NCBI GenBank assembly: GCA_965203555.1
Contig: CBDBCY010000004.1
Location: 128,001 to 192,000 of the forward strand
Origin: Acidimicrobiia bacterium
GTDB lineage: Bacteria; Actinomycetota; Acidimicrobiia; Spongiisociales; ZC4RG35
Length of the DNA: 64,000 nt
Direction: 5' to 3'
The notes beneath the pieces are model-generated. The model saw only the letters and a program-made list of their open reading frames with translations. It was not told the origin of the DNA and searched no databases. A program made the position numbers and the translations under genes. Shown here in pieces: positions 53,523 through 63,674 of the stretch (its first letter is position 1; each line of letters begins with the position of its first letter).

Positions 53523-53555
53523 TCCTCGGTTGACGGCAGGCGCGCCAAGGCCGAG

Positions 53556-54890
53556 ATGGACGAGGTCGGAGGCGCAAGCCTGTTTGGCACCGACGGCATT
53601 AGGGGAATTGCCGGTCGGGATCTCACGGCCGGTTTGGCCTACGGGGTGGGTAGGGCTGCCGGGGAGGTGGCTGGGGACGGCAGGGTGCTGGTGGGGATGG
53701 ACACTCGTCCCTCGGGTCCCGAGTTGTCCCGCGCATTGTGTGCGGGCCTGGAAAGCGCAGGCCTGCAAGCCGTGGATCTGGGAGTGATGCCGGCGGGGGG
53801 AATAAGTCATCTGACCGCTGTGACCCGGGCAGTGATGGGAGTGGTCATTTCGGCCTCGCACAATCCCGCTGCATACAACGGGATCAAGCTGCTGGGCCCG
53901 GACGGCGCCAAACTCTCCGACCAGAGAGAAGCTGAGATCTCTGCGCGGGTCAGACCGGTGGAGAAGGGGGGATCAGGGACCGCCTTGATCGGATCGGAGT
54001 GGCCCGCAGCTTTGGACGCTTATATAGAGTGGTTGGCCGGGACGGTCACCGTCGACCTGTCGGGGCTCTCGGTGATGGTGGACTGCGCCAACGGGGCGGC
54101 CTACCGGGCCGCTCCCAGGGTACTTCGTTTGTTGGGGGTGGACACGGAAACGACCGCTGCCGGCGGGGACGGTTCGGCTATCAACCAGGGATGCGGCGCC
54201 ACCCATCCGCAGTGGGTCGCCTCCCGGGCCGGGGGACGAATCGGATTGGCCCTGGACGGAGACGCTGATCGCCTGATCGCCGTGGACGAGACCGGGTGCG
54301 TGGTTGACGGGGATTTTCTGATGGCGATCCTGGCTCGGTATCTGCACCTTCGACGGCAATTGGATCCACCTGTGGTGGTGGCCACCGTGATGTCCAATCT
54401 GGGCTTTCGGACGGCCATGTCCTCACAGGGAATAGAGATCGTCCGGACCAGGGTGGGAGATCGATATGTGCGGGAGGAGATGATCAGGCGGGGCGCCATG
54501 CTGGGGGGTGAACAGTCCGGACACATCATCTTCGGCAATCTGGCGGTCACCGGCGACGGTCTCCTCACCGCCTTGCAACTCTTGCAGGTAGTGGCCTCCA
54601 CCGGCCGGACGTTGGATGACCTTCGCACTGAAGCGATGCAGCGCTACCCGCAGGTCCTGATCAACGTGGAGGTGGAAGATCCGGCCCGGGTAAGAGAGTT
54701 CACCGGGATTTGGGAGAAGGTTTCCAGGGTTGAACGGGAGTTGGGATCCGAAGGGCGGGTGCTGGTCCGACCGTCGGGCACAGAGCCCCTGGTGCGGGTA
54801 ATGGTGGAATGCCTTGAGTCTGAGCCGGCTGAGAGGTATGCTGAGGAATTGGCCGAGGTGATTGCCTTGGTTATGAACAGGTCGACCTGA
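53556..54890 (+). CDS. glmM: Phosphoglucosamine mutase
   Basis: FGTDGIRG, SASHNP, DGDADR, GGEQSGH, RPSGTEP. Confidence 0.96.
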   Translation: MDEVGGASLFGTDGIRGIAGRDLTAGLAYGVGRAAGEVAGDGRVLVGMDTRPSGPELSRALCAGLESAGLQAVDLGVMPAGGISHLTAVTRAVMGVVISASHNPAAYNGIKLLGPDGAKLSDQREAEISARVRPVEKGGSGTALIGSEWPAALDAYIEWLAGTVTVDLSGLSVMVDCANGAAYRAAPRVLRLLGVDTETTAAGGDGSAINQGCGATHPQWVASRAGGRIGLALDGDADRLIAVDETGCVVDGDFLMAILARYLHLRRQLDPPVVVATVMSNLGFRTAMSSQGIEIVRTRVGDRYVREEMIRRGAMLGGEQSGHIIFGNLAVTGDGLLTALQLLQVVASTGRTLDDLRTEAMQRYPQVLINVEVEDPARVREFTGIWEKVSRVERELGSEGRVLVRPSGTEPLVRVMVECLESEPAERYAEELAEVIALVMNRST

Positions 54891-54944
54891 GAAAGGAGGA
54901 ATTTCCCACCCCACAACTCGGCGTGCAGCGGAGTTATCTCACAA

Positions 54945-55102
54945 CAAACAAGCGCCAGGCCTCTTGAACCGCCGGTCGGCGGATTCCGGAGGTGACGAGG
55001 AGGAAGGCGATCGAATCTTTCGGCGGATGCCTTTCCGGCCACCACAGTCGTGACGATCGGAGCAAATCCCGCCGGTAACGGCGGGGACAAAAGACGGTCG
55101 AA
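54945..55102 (+). ncRNA. glmS ribozyme (GlcN6P-activated self-cleaving riboswitch)
   Basis: Conserved core A^GCGCCAG (54951), P1 hairpin, GACGAGG, ATCGA-N-TCGGCGGATG, P4-like CCCGCCG-GTAA-CGGCGGG then GACAAA; lies in the glmS 5' UTR. Confidence 0.9.
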
Positions 55103-55156
55103 GTGGAGCGTTCCGCAATGCGCGCGCAGAGGGGGTTTGTGGAAATTGGCGCGATC

Positions 55157-56992
55157 ATGTGCGGAATAGTTGGTTATGTTGGCTCCCGCCCTGCTCGAGA
55201 TTTGTTGCTGGGTGGTTTGGCCCGGTTGGAGTACCGGGGCTACGACTCGGCGGGAATGGCTATCGGTCAGAACGGCGCATTGACAAGTGTCCGACAGGTT
55301 GGAAAGATCTCCGATCTGGCCGCGGTGGTCCAGGAAGGTTCGGAGTCTTTCCCCGGGGGGTATGGAGTCGGGCATACCCGATGGGCGACTCACGGGGCGC
55401 CCACCACTCCCAATGCTCACCCTCACTTCGATTGCTCGGGGGAGGTGGCGATCGTCCACAACGGGATTATTGAGAATTGGACGGAGTTGAAGGCTTGGTT
55501 GGAAGGCCGGGGGCACGGATTTGCCTCCGACACCGACACGGAGGTGGCCGCCCATCTCATCGAGGAACTGTCTTCGCTCCCCCTGTCAGAGGCAGTGGCG
55601 CAGGTCCTGCGACGCTGTGAGGGCGCCCTGGCCCTGGCGGTGATTCGCCGCTCCGATCCAGGGCTGGTTGTGGGAGGTCGGAAGGGAAGCCCGCTGGTGA
55701 TCGGCCGGGGATCGGGGGAGAATTTCCTGGCTTCCGACATCCCTGCGTTCATGGCCCATACCCGTCGCATGATGGTGGTTCCCGAAGATCGGGTGGTGGA
55801 GATCCGCTCGGACTCGGTGCGCATCACCGACCTACGCGGACAGGAGCAGGAACCAGAGGAACGGGAGGTGGAATGGGACGTGGAGGCCGCCGAGAAGGGC
55901 GGCTATCCCACTTTCATGCTCAAGGAGATATACGAGCAGCCCAAAGCCGTGGCGGAGACCCTGTTGGGACGCATCAGTTCCACCGGTCTGCCCATGCTGG
56001 AGGAAACGGGAGTGACCGCCGAGATTGCCAAGGACGTGGACAAGGTGTTCGTGGTGGCCTGCGGTACCTCCTATCACGCCGGGATGATGGCCAAATACGC
56101 ATTGGAGCGATGGGCGAAGCTTCCGGTGGAGGTAGATCTGTCCTCGGAGTTCCGGTATCGAGATCCGGTTCTCAACTCCCGCTCGCTGGTGATCGGCATC
56201 AGCCAGTCGGGAGAGACTGCGGACACTTTGGGCGCGATCCGATATGCGCTCGGACAGGGCGCCCGGGTGGCGGCGGTGACCAACGTGGTCGGATCGTCGC
56301 TGGCCCGAGAGGCGCACATGGTGCTGCAAACCAGGGCGGGCCCCGAAATCGGAGTGGCGGCTTCCAAGACCTTCATCACCCAGATGGCCCTGCTTCAACT
56401 ATTGGGTCTGCATATGGCCATCGAGCGAGGCGTGATGAGTCCCGCAGAAGCGGCAGGGCCGGTGAATGCGCTGCGCAGCCTGCCTGATCGGCTCGATGAA
56501 GTGTTGGGCCTTTCCGATCAGATGCTGGAGTTGGCGCAGGAGTGGCGGGACGTGCGAGATTTCTTCTTCCTGGGCAGGTCTGTCGACTATCCGGCGGCTC
56601 TGGAAGGCGCCTTGAAGCTGAAGGAATTGTCCTATGTGCGAGCCGAGGGTTATGCGGCCGGTGAGATGAAGCACGGTCCCATCGCCCTGATCGAGCCGGG
56701 AGTGGTGGTGATCGGAGTGGCCACCGACCGCCGGCTGCGTCCCAAGATGTTCTCCAATCTCTCGGAGATGAAGGCGCGGGGCGGTACGGTGGTGACCCTG
56801 GTCGGAGAGGAGGACCGGGCCGAGGCGGCAATCACCTCCGATCTGGTGATAACCCTTCCCGAAGACGCTGATCTGATCGGAGCGGTGCTGGCAGTGGTTC
56901 CGCTGCAACTCTTCTCCTACCACCTTGCCACCCTCAAGGGACTGGACGTCGACCAACCCCGCAACCTTGCCAAGACGGTGACCGTGGAGTAG
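55157..56992 (+). CDS. glmS: Glutamine-fructose-6-phosphate aminotransferase
   Basis: MCGIVG N-terminal Cys, EYRGYDSAG, SQSGETADT, PRNLAKTVTVE. Confidence 0.98.
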   Translation: MCGIVGYVGSRPARDLLLGGLARLEYRGYDSAGMAIGQNGALTSVRQVGKISDLAAVVQEGSESFPGGYGVGHTRWATHGAPTTPNAHPHFDCSGEVAIVHNGIIENWTELKAWLEGRGHGFASDTDTEVAAHLIEELSSLPLSEAVAQVLRRCEGALALAVIRRSDPGLVVGGRKGSPLVIGRGSGENFLASDIPAFMAHTRRMMVVPEDRVVEIRSDSVRITDLRGQEQEPEEREVEWDVEAAEKGGYPTFMLKEIYEQPKAVAETLLGRISSTGLPMLEETGVTAEIAKDVDKVFVVACGTSYHAGMMAKYALERWAKLPVEVDLSSEFRYRDPVLNSRSLVIGISQSGETADTLGAIRYALGQGARVAAVTNVVGSSLAREAHMVLQTRAGPEIGVAASKTFITQMALLQLLGLHMAIERGVMSPAEAAGPVNALRSLPDRLDEVLGLSDQMLELAQEWRDVRDFFFLGRSVDYPAALEGALKLKELSYVRAEGYAAGEMKHGPIALIEPGVVVIGVATDRRLRPKMFSNLSEMKARGGTVVTLVGEEDRAEAAITSDLVITLPEDADLIGAVLAVVPLQLFSYHLATLKGLDVDQPRNLAKTVTVE

Positions 56993-57083
56993 CCTAAGCT
57001 ATTGAAACTCAGACGATTTGGATTTTGTTTTCAGAAATACTCTATGATGAGGCATATCCGACCAATCGTGAAGGAGCACGCAG

Positions 57084-57314
57084 ATGAGTGGATTGGTTGC
57101 CGTTCCCTATCGACCCAAGTCGTCATTCCTGGGGGGAGTCGCACTAATCGTGGATTTTGGACACGCCCTGATCTGCTACGAATCCTTTGAGTCAGAAGCA
57201 GAAGCGGACATGTATGCGCTTCAGAGGGACTTTGACAGGGTCTGCCAGGACATCCGCGAGGTTGGTGGTGTCGCTCTTGCTGAGGTAAACGCCGTGTTGA
57301 ACACACCAAAGTAG
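57084..57314 (+). CDS. Small hypothetical protein upstream of the DUF2335 gene
   Basis: AAGGAG RBS at 57071; amphipathic EAD..AL..DF..V..DI helix; stop overlaps the next start. Confidence 0.7.
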   Translation: MSGLVAVPYRPKSSFLGGVALIVDFGHALICYESFESEAEADMYALQRDFDRVCQDIREVGGVALAEVNAVLNTPK

Positions 57315-57787
57315 TGAGTGATGACGGAACCCCTCTCCAGAGCCATCCAGAGGGTGAGAACGAACTTCGGGAAACTGAGCTAACGGCTGTCCCGGGCGAC
57401 CAGTCCGAGGGCGGATCAGTGCCTGGGAGCACGACTGCTGTTCGGTTTGAATGGAGTGCCCCACTACCACCCCCACCCGTGATGCGTGAGTATGGGGAAA
57501 TACTCCATGACGCACCGAATAGGATTTTTGAGATGGCCGAGCGGCAGGTTGGAATGGCTGAGCGTCAGATTGACGGCCGGTTGGCGTTGGAGAAGGCACA
57601 GTCTCGCAATGTGTCATTGGGGCTGTGGGGTGGTATTTTGATATCTCTGGTAGGTTTAGTCGGAGGGATCTATCTTGTTAACAGCGGTTATCAGTGGCCA
57701 GGATTGATAGTTATCGGTGTGGATTTTGGGTGGTCGTTTAGCTCGTTTTTCTTTACGTACCGGACTAACTCCAGACAGAGCAAGTAG
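57314..57787 (+). CDS. DUF2335 family membrane protein
   Basis: WSAPLPPP.VMREY.EI..APNRIFEMAE.Q followed by two TM helices. Confidence 0.8.
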   Translation: MSDDGTPLQSHPEGENELRETELTAVPGDQSEGGSVPGSTTAVRFEWSAPLPPPPVMREYGEILHDAPNRIFEMAERQVGMAERQIDGRLALEKAQSRNVSLGLWGGILISLVGLVGGIYLVNSGYQWPGLIVIGVDFGWSFSSFFFTYRTNSRQSK

Positions 57788-57873
57788 CGCGTCCCGCTTG
57801 GCTTTTTCCCTTACCCGCCAAAATGCTCCAAGCATTCGGCACAAAGCAGTGGCGGACAGGTAGCATCGTTGGA

Positions 57874-58248
57874 GTGAGGATCATTGGCTTGGGGGTGGAC
57901 CTAACGGCTGTCGAGCGGGTGAGGTCGATTCTGGAGCGCTACCCGCGGTTCCGCGAGCGCTGCTTCACCACCCATGAACGAGAGTACGCCGACCGTTATC
58001 AAAAGCCCGAGCGAAGGTTTGCCGCCCGGTTTGCCGGCAAGGAGGCGGTTATGAAATCGCTCGGGACCGGCTGGCGCCGTCTGCGCTGGACCGATATCGA
58101 GATCACCGGGGGCGGGAAACCACGCGTGAACCTGTCGGGGACGGCTCAACGCCATGCGGAACGCTTGGGAGTAACGGAGGTGCAGGTGACTATCACCCAT
58201 ACCGACGACACTGCTCTGGTAATGGCTTTGGCCCTCGGAGAGCATTAG
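57874..58248 (+). CDS. acpS: Holo-ACP synthase
   Basis: GLGVDL, FT..E, ARFAGKEAVMKSLGTG, ITH. Confidence 0.93.
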   Translation: MRIIGLGVDLTAVERVRSILERYPRFRERCFTTHEREYADRYQKPERRFAARFAGKEAVMKSLGTGWRRLRWTDIEITGGGKPRVNLSGTAQRHAERLGVTEVQVTITHTDDTALVMALALGEH

Positions 58249-58290
58249 ACATCCTGTTATGGGAGTGGTTTTTCACCCGGGAACAGGCAA

Positions 58291-59721
58291 GTGAAGCCGG
58301 TTATCACCCCCGAAGAAGCCGCTCGGTTGGACCGGGTGAGCGCCGAGCCGGTCGAAATCCTCATGGAGCGAGCCGGCTGGGCAGTGGAGATCGCTGCGGC
58401 CCGGATGGGAGCGGGTTACGGGAGCCGGGTGGCGGTACTGGTCGGGCCGGGCAACAACGGAGGGGATGGCTACGTGGCTGCCGGACTGCTGCGCCGGCGG
58501 GGAGCGGCGGTTGTCATACACCAGTTGAGGGAGCCGAAGACCCAAGCCGCCCTCTGGGCACTGCAGCGGGCGGTAGCCGCCGGAGTGCAGATTCAGGAGA
58601 TGGCCGGGCCGCCTCCCTCAGGGGTAGATCTGGTGGTGGACGCCGTGTTCGGAGGAGGGTATCGCGGCCGGTGCCCGCCGACGCTGGCAGCGTGGATGGA
58701 CCTTCCGGCGCCCGTTCTGGCGGTGGACTTTCCCTCCGGGGTGGATCCGGCCACCGGTGAGGTCGGAGACCGAGCATTCTCGGCTGACCTCACCGTCACC
58801 TTCCAAGCTCTCAAAACCGGCCATCTCCTGGGAGAGGGACCCGACCGGTGCGGAAGGATCGAAGTTGCCGACATCGGCCTGACCGGGTTGAGACCCTCGA
58901 TGTTGGTGGCCGAGGAGAGCGACTGTCCTCGCCCGAACCGGCGCCGGACCGCCCACAAGTGGACGGCCGGATCGGTGATTGTGGTCGGGGGATCCCGGGG
59001 AATGACCGGGGCGGCGCTGTTAGCCGCTCGGTCCGCGCTCCGTGCCGGAGCGGGAGCGGTGGAATTGATGGTCCCTGGGGGATGTCAATCGTTGGTGGCG
59101 GGCGCCGCCCCTGAACTGTTGACGTCCGGTCTTGGAAAAGGACAGCATTTCGAACCGGCTCGAGTGGAGGCTTGCGTGGAGAGAGCGGCCCGTTTCGACG
59201 TGATGGTCATCGGGCCGGGCATCGGGAGGGCCGAAGAGACCCGGCAATGGGCGCGGCGAGTCATCGCCCGGCGGGCCGGTGCTCTGGTGGTGGATGCAGA
59301 TGCCCTGCGAGCCGCGGACGTGGCGCTTCTGTCGGGGCGGCGAGAGCCCACGGTGATCACTCCGCATCGGGGTGAACTGGCGTCGCTGACCGGCCCCGAT
59401 CCCGGCCTGGCCGAGATGCAGGGCTTGGGTATGTTGGGGATGGTGGTGTTGGGCAAGGGCGCCCCGACCTTGGTGTGTGATGAATCAACGACCTGGGCCG
59501 TGACTGAGGGTGGTCCTGAACTGGCCACCATCGGCTCGGGGGATGTCCTGGCCGGGTGGTTGGCTGCTCTGTGGGCGCGGGGCCTGTCACCGTCGGTGGC
59601 TGCTCGTTCGGCGGCCTTCTGGCATGGGCGGGCGGGCGCCTTCCTGGCAGCGCGTCGAACGGTGACCGCCGATGGCCTGGCCGATGAGGTGGGCCGCTGG
59701 GCCTGGGAGAGGAGCAGGTGA
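58291..59721 (+). CDS. nnr: Bifunctional NAD(P)H-hydrate epimerase/dehydratase
   Basis: LMERAG, GPGNNGGDG, VDADAL, TPH.GE, GSGDVL. Confidence 0.93.
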   Translation: MKPVITPEEAARLDRVSAEPVEILMERAGWAVEIAAARMGAGYGSRVAVLVGPGNNGGDGYVAAGLLRRRGAAVVIHQLREPKTQAALWALQRAVAAGVQIQEMAGPPPSGVDLVVDAVFGGGYRGRCPPTLAAWMDLPAPVLAVDFPSGVDPATGEVGDRAFSADLTVTFQALKTGHLLGEGPDRCGRIEVADIGLTGLRPSMLVAEESDCPRPNRRRTAHKWTAGSVIVVGGSRGMTGAALLAARSALRAGAGAVELMVPGGCQSLVAGAAPELLTSGLGKGQHFEPARVEACVERAARFDVMVIGPGIGRAEETRQWARRVIARRAGALVVDADALRAADVALLSGRREPTVITPHRGELASLTGPDPGLAEMQGLGMLGMVVLGKGAPTLVCDESTTWAVTEGGPELATIGSGDVLAGWLAALWARGLSPSVAARSAAFWHGRAGAFLAARRTVTADGLADEVGRWAWERSR

Positions 59722-60836
59722 GCAGACCGTCCTGGGCGGAGGTCGATCTGAGGGCGGTGGCCCACAACGTCGGGGAATTGGTTCGCTGTGCATCAGGCGC
59801 CCGGGTGTGCGCGGTGGTGAAGGCGAACGGGTACGGCCACGGGGCGCCCCAGGTGGCCGGGGCCGCGTTGGCGGGTGGGGCCGAATGGTTGGCGGTGGCG
59901 ACGGTGGAGGAGGGAGTCCAATTGCGGGAGGAAGGAATAAAAGCGCCCGTGCTACTGCTTTCTGAACCGCCAGGAGGCGATCTGGAGGAGGTGATAAGAC
60001 AGGGAATCACCCCCACCGTTTACCGCGGGAAAACCATCGCTGCCCTGGCCCGGGCAACCATGGATCTTGGAAAGCAGGCATTCGACATACACCTCAAAGT
60101 CGACACCGGGATGCATCGGGTCGGCGCCCCACCCCAGGCGCTGGGCCGGCTGGTAGGGGAGGTGTCGAGAGCCGGTGTTCTGACGTTGGGCGGAATCTGG
60201 AGTCACTTTGCAGTGGCGGACACCGATCCCGAATTCACCGGCGCCCAGATCAAGGCCTATGCGGAGGCTTTCCGGCAAGCCCGCCGGTCGCCGGCTGTGC
60301 GCCGGTCACCACCTCTGCGGCATCTTGCCAACACCCCGGGTACGCTCTTTCACCTGGAGTCTCATCTGGACATGGTGCGTCCCGGACTGGGGATCTACGG
60401 CCTCTATCCGCATCCGGCGGTTCGAAAGTTGATCGACCTTCGCCCGGCTATGAGAATCGTTTCCCATGTATCCCATTTGTCGCGACACCCGCCGGGGACC
60501 CGCCCCTCCTACGGTCGCATCCGCGGCTTGATGACAGAGTCAGCGGTCGCCACCCTGCCCCTGGGTTACGCTGACGGGGTGCCCCGCCTCATCTCCGAAG
60601 GAGGGGAGGTGTTGATCGGGGGACGGCGATTCCCATTGGCGGGTCGAGTGACGATGGACCAATTGGTGGTGGAGGTGGGCGATCACCCGGTTTCGGTGGG
60701 CGATGAGGCGGTGTTGATCGGTAGCCAGGGATCCGAATCGATTAGTTTCGATGACTGGGCAGCGCTGTCCGATACAATCAACTATGAAGTCGTTAGTCGG
60801 ATTGGTCCCCGCTTGCCCAGACGCTATATCTCATGA
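59718..60836 (+). CDS. alr: Alanine racemase
   Basis: AVVKANGYGHG, KVDTGMHR, GYADG. Confidence 0.96.
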   Translation: MSRPSWAEVDLRAVAHNVGELVRCASGARVCAVVKANGYGHGAPQVAGAALAGGAEWLAVATVEEGVQLREEGIKAPVLLLSEPPGGDLEEVIRQGITPTVYRGKTIAALARATMDLGKQAFDIHLKVDTGMHRVGAPPQALGRLVGEVSRAGVLTLGGIWSHFAVADTDPEFTGAQIKAYAEAFRQARRSPAVRRSPPLRHLANTPGTLFHLESHLDMVRPGLGIYGLYPHPAVRKLIDLRPAMRIVSHVSHLSRHPPGTRPSYGRIRGLMTESAVATLPLGYADGVPRLISEGGEVLIGGRRFPLAGRVTMDQLVVEVGDHPVSVGDEAVLIGSQGSESISFDDWAALSDTINYEVVSRIGPRLPRRYIS

Positions 60837-61897
60837 AGCCTGCTGATTTTCCTCTCGCTCTCGCTTACGACGACGTGTTGCTGGTGCCCCGCCGCTCGTC
60901 GGTGGGCTCCCGGCAGGAGGTAAGCCTGGCCACCCGACTGAGCCGCCGCCTCGACCTGGGGATACCGGTTATCGCCGCCAACATGGACACGGTGTGCGAG
61001 GCCGAAATGGCGGTGGCCATGGCACAGATGGGAGGCGTGGGGATCATTCATCGGTTCTTGCCGGTGGAGGATCACGCCCGGGAAGTGGAGAAGGTTAAAG
61101 AGGTCGGAGAGGACCTGCTGGTGGGCGCAGCTTTGGGAGTGGGAGAGGGCATGACCCGCCGCGCCAAGAATTGTGTGGCCGCCGGGGTGGATATTCTTGT
61201 TCTGGACATCGCCCACGGGCACGCCGAGCATGCTCTCCGGGCGGTGCGGGTTTTGAAGAATGAGTTTGCGGAGGTGGACCTGATCGCCGGAAACATCGCC
61301 ACGGGACAGGGGGCGATCGACTTGGTGAAAGCGGGAGCGGACGCCGTGAAGGTAGGAGTGGGTCCGGGAGGGGTGTGTACCACCCGGGTGGTGACCGGGG
61401 TGGGGGTTCCGCAGGTCAGCGCCCTTTACGATGTGGTGAAATCGGGGGTGGAAGCGCCTATCATCGCCGACGGAGGGATCCGGGCCGGCGGTGACATAGC
61501 CAAGGCGCTGGCGTTGGGGGCCGACTCGGTGATGATAGGCAGCCTGCTTGCCGGCACCCGGGAAAGCCCTGGCGAAGTTGAAGAGACTTCGACCGGTCCG
61601 ATCAAGCGGGTCCGGGGAATGGCGTCGTTGGAGGCGGCGGTGCTGCGGGCCGCTCGTCGGGGCGCTGAGCTCGATGACGAGTATTTCGAACACCGTTCCC
61701 CGGAAGGAATCGAACGCACAGTGGCATACCGGGGAACTGCGGCGGAGGTGATACGGTCGCTGATGGGTGGGGTGCGAAGCGCCATGAGCTATTTGGGGGC
61801 CACCGATCTGGATACCTTCCAACGCAACGCCCGTTTCGTGAGAACCACGCCCGCCGGAGTGGCGGAGAGTCATCCTCACGCTTCCTCTGGTAGCTAG
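60833..61897 (+). CDS. IMPDH/GMP reductase family protein lacking CBS domains
   Basis: [45 protein letters not shown]. Confidence 0.85.
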   Translation: MKPADFPLALAYDDVLLVPRRSSVGSRQEVSLATRLSRRLDLGIPVIAANMDTVCEAEMAVAMAQMGGVGIIHRFLPVEDHAREVEKVKEVGEDLLVGAALGVGEGMTRRAKNCVAAGVDILVLDIAHGHAEHALRAVRVLKNEFAEVDLIAGNIATGQGAIDLVKAGADAVKVGVGPGGVCTTRVVTGVGVPQVSALYDVVKSGVEAPIIADGGIRAGGDIAKALALGADSVMIGSLLAGTRESPGEVEETSTGPIKRVRGMASLEAAVLRAARRGAELDDEYFEHRSPEGIERTVAYRGTAAEVIRSLMGGVRSAMSYLGATDLDTFQRNARFVRTTPAGVAESHPHASSGS

Positions 61898-61903
61898 GGG
61901 TTT

Positions 61904-62509
61904 ATGCGGGAACTGGAGGAGTTGGGCGCCCGGGCGAGGGTGTGCACCGACTGCCGGCTGTCCCGAAGCCGCACCAAGGTGGTGTTCGGAGTGGGCCGAC
62001 CTGATGCACAGGTCATGATGGTGGGAGAGGCGCCGGGAAAGAATGAGGACCTCCAGGGCGAACCCTTTGTGGGAGCGGCCGGAAACCTTCTGAACGGGCT
62101 GCTGGCGGAGGTGGGAATGCGCCGGCAGGATGTCTACATCGCCAACGTGCTGAAGTGCCGTCCCCCCAACAATCGCGACCCGCGGCCCGACGAGATATCG
62201 GCCTGCAAGGGGTACTTGCGCCGGCAACTTGATCTGGTGGATCCCGAGGTGGTGATGACCCTGGGGAATTTCGCCACCCAACTTCTGTTACGCACCACCA
62301 CCGGCATCAGCCGGATGCGGGGACGCAGCTACAAATGGTGGAGGGACAAGATCGTGATACCGACTTTCCATCCGGCAGCCGCGCTGCGAGGCGGCGAGCG
62401 GGTGACCAACCAGATCCGTGAAGACTTGGCATTGATGAGATCGGTTCTGGACTCCCTGGACACCGGGGAGGGAATTGAATCCGAACCGGAGCAGTTGGGC
62501 CTGTTCTGA
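61904..62509 (+). CDS. Uracil-DNA glycosylase family 4
   Basis: CxxC, GEAPG, PFVG, KCRPPNNR, FHPAA. Confidence 0.93.
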   Translation: MRELEELGARARVCTDCRLSRSRTKVVFGVGRPDAQVMMVGEAPGKNEDLQGEPFVGAAGNLLNGLLAEVGMRRQDVYIANVLKCRPPNNRDPRPDEISACKGYLRRQLDLVDPEVVMTLGNFATQLLLRTTTGISRMRGRSYKWWRDKIVIPTFHPAAALRGGERVTNQIREDLALMRSVLDSLDTGEGIESEPEQLGLF

Positions 62510-62964
62510 TGACTATCCGGGTGGCTTGTCCCACCGCTGAACACACCTATGCGGTGGCGACGCGTCTGGCGCCCCTGCTTCGGGCAGGAGATGTGATCGC
62601 TCTTTCCGGCCCGCTGGGATGTGGAAAGACGCTGTTCACCGGTGGGTTGGCTGCCGCTTTGGGAGTGGATGGCCCGGTTCCCAGTCCTACTTTCGTGTTG
62701 GCCCGCCACTACGACGACGGGTTCCTCCCGCTGGTGCACGTGGATGTCTACCGGCTGGGCTCTTACAACGAATTCTTGGACCTGGGCGTGCTGGACGCAG
62801 CCTCCGAAGGGGTGTTGGTTGTGGAGTGGGGAGAAGCGGTGGAGTCGCTGCTTCCGGAGCATCTCTTGATCCGCTTCGTCGTGACCGAAGATGGAGAGCG
62901 AGTGCTGTTCTTGCAGGCGCCCCCTTCCTGGAAGTCCCGGCCGCTTCGGGAGGTGGCCATATGA
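62509..62964 (+). CDS. tsaE: t6A biosynthesis ATPase TsaE
   Basis: GPLGCGKT, SPTF, HVDVYRL, VEW. Confidence 0.94.
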   Translation: MTIRVACPTAEHTYAVATRLAPLLRAGDVIALSGPLGCGKTLFTGGLAAALGVDGPVPSPTFVLARHYDDGFLPLVHVDVYRLGSYNEFLDLGVLDAASEGVLVVEWGEAVESLLPEHLLIRFVVTEDGERVLFLQAPPSWKSRPLREVAI

Positions 62965-63674
62965 AGATAGCGGCAATCACCACCTCCACCCCGGCCTCCT
63001 CGGTGGCGCTGGTCGAAGGTCGTCGGGTGGTTTCTTCGGCGGAAAACGTCAATTCCCGGGGGCATGCCGGCTTTGTGGTGGCCGCCCTGGACTTCTGCGC
63101 CCGATCCGCCGGCTGGGCGCCGGAAGAGATAGAGTCGGTGGTGGTGGACGTGGGCCCGGGTCTCTACACCGGCATCAGGGTGGGAATCTCGGTGGCCCAG
63201 GGAATAGGCGCTTCGGTGGGCGCCCAGGTGGCGCCGGCCAGTTCCCTGGATGCGTTGGCCCTTAGGGCCGCTACCGGGCACAGACGGATTTTCGCAGTGG
63301 TGGACGTCCGTCGCCGGGAGGTGGCGGTGGCCGGCTACCGTCCGGTTCCGGGCGGAGTGATGCGCGATCATCCGGTGGAGTTGACCACTGCGGAGCGGTT
63401 CCTGGCGATGCTCAGCACCGTTAGAGAGCAGATCCTGCTGGTAGGCGACACCGCGGCGTTGGGACAGGGGGCTATGGCCGGCTTGCAGGGGGTCCGGGTG
63501 GGCAGGCCTCGCTATCCAACCGCCGAGGCGATTGCCGAGGCCGGTCTGGGAATTCTGGAACGAGGAGAGGCGCCCCATCCCGACGCGGTCCGACCCAAAT
63601 ACCTACGAGAGGCCGACGTCAACATCAATTGGGACCGTCTGCGCTCCCCGTTCAAATGGAAGGAGCGAGAATGA
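62961..63674 (+). CDS. tsaB: t6A biosynthesis protein TsaB
   Basis: GPGLYTGIRVG, P.YLR; follows tsaE. Confidence 0.92.
   Translation: MKIAAITTSTPASSVALVEGRRVVSSAENVNSRGHAGFVVAALDFCARSAGWAPEEIESVVVDVGPGLYTGIRVGISVAQGIGASVGAQVAPASSLDALALRAATGHRRIFAVVDVRRREVAVAGYRPVPGGVMRDHPVELTTAERFLAMLSTVREQILLVGDTAALGQGAMAGLQGVRVGRPRYPTAEAIAEAGLGILERGEAPHPDAVRPKYLREADVNINWDRLRSPFKWKERE

Noticed and set aside
56993-57830. Tn7-like transposon at glmS
   Set aside because: No tns genes, terminal TGT/ACA ends or 5-bp duplication were recognisable; retained only as an islet.
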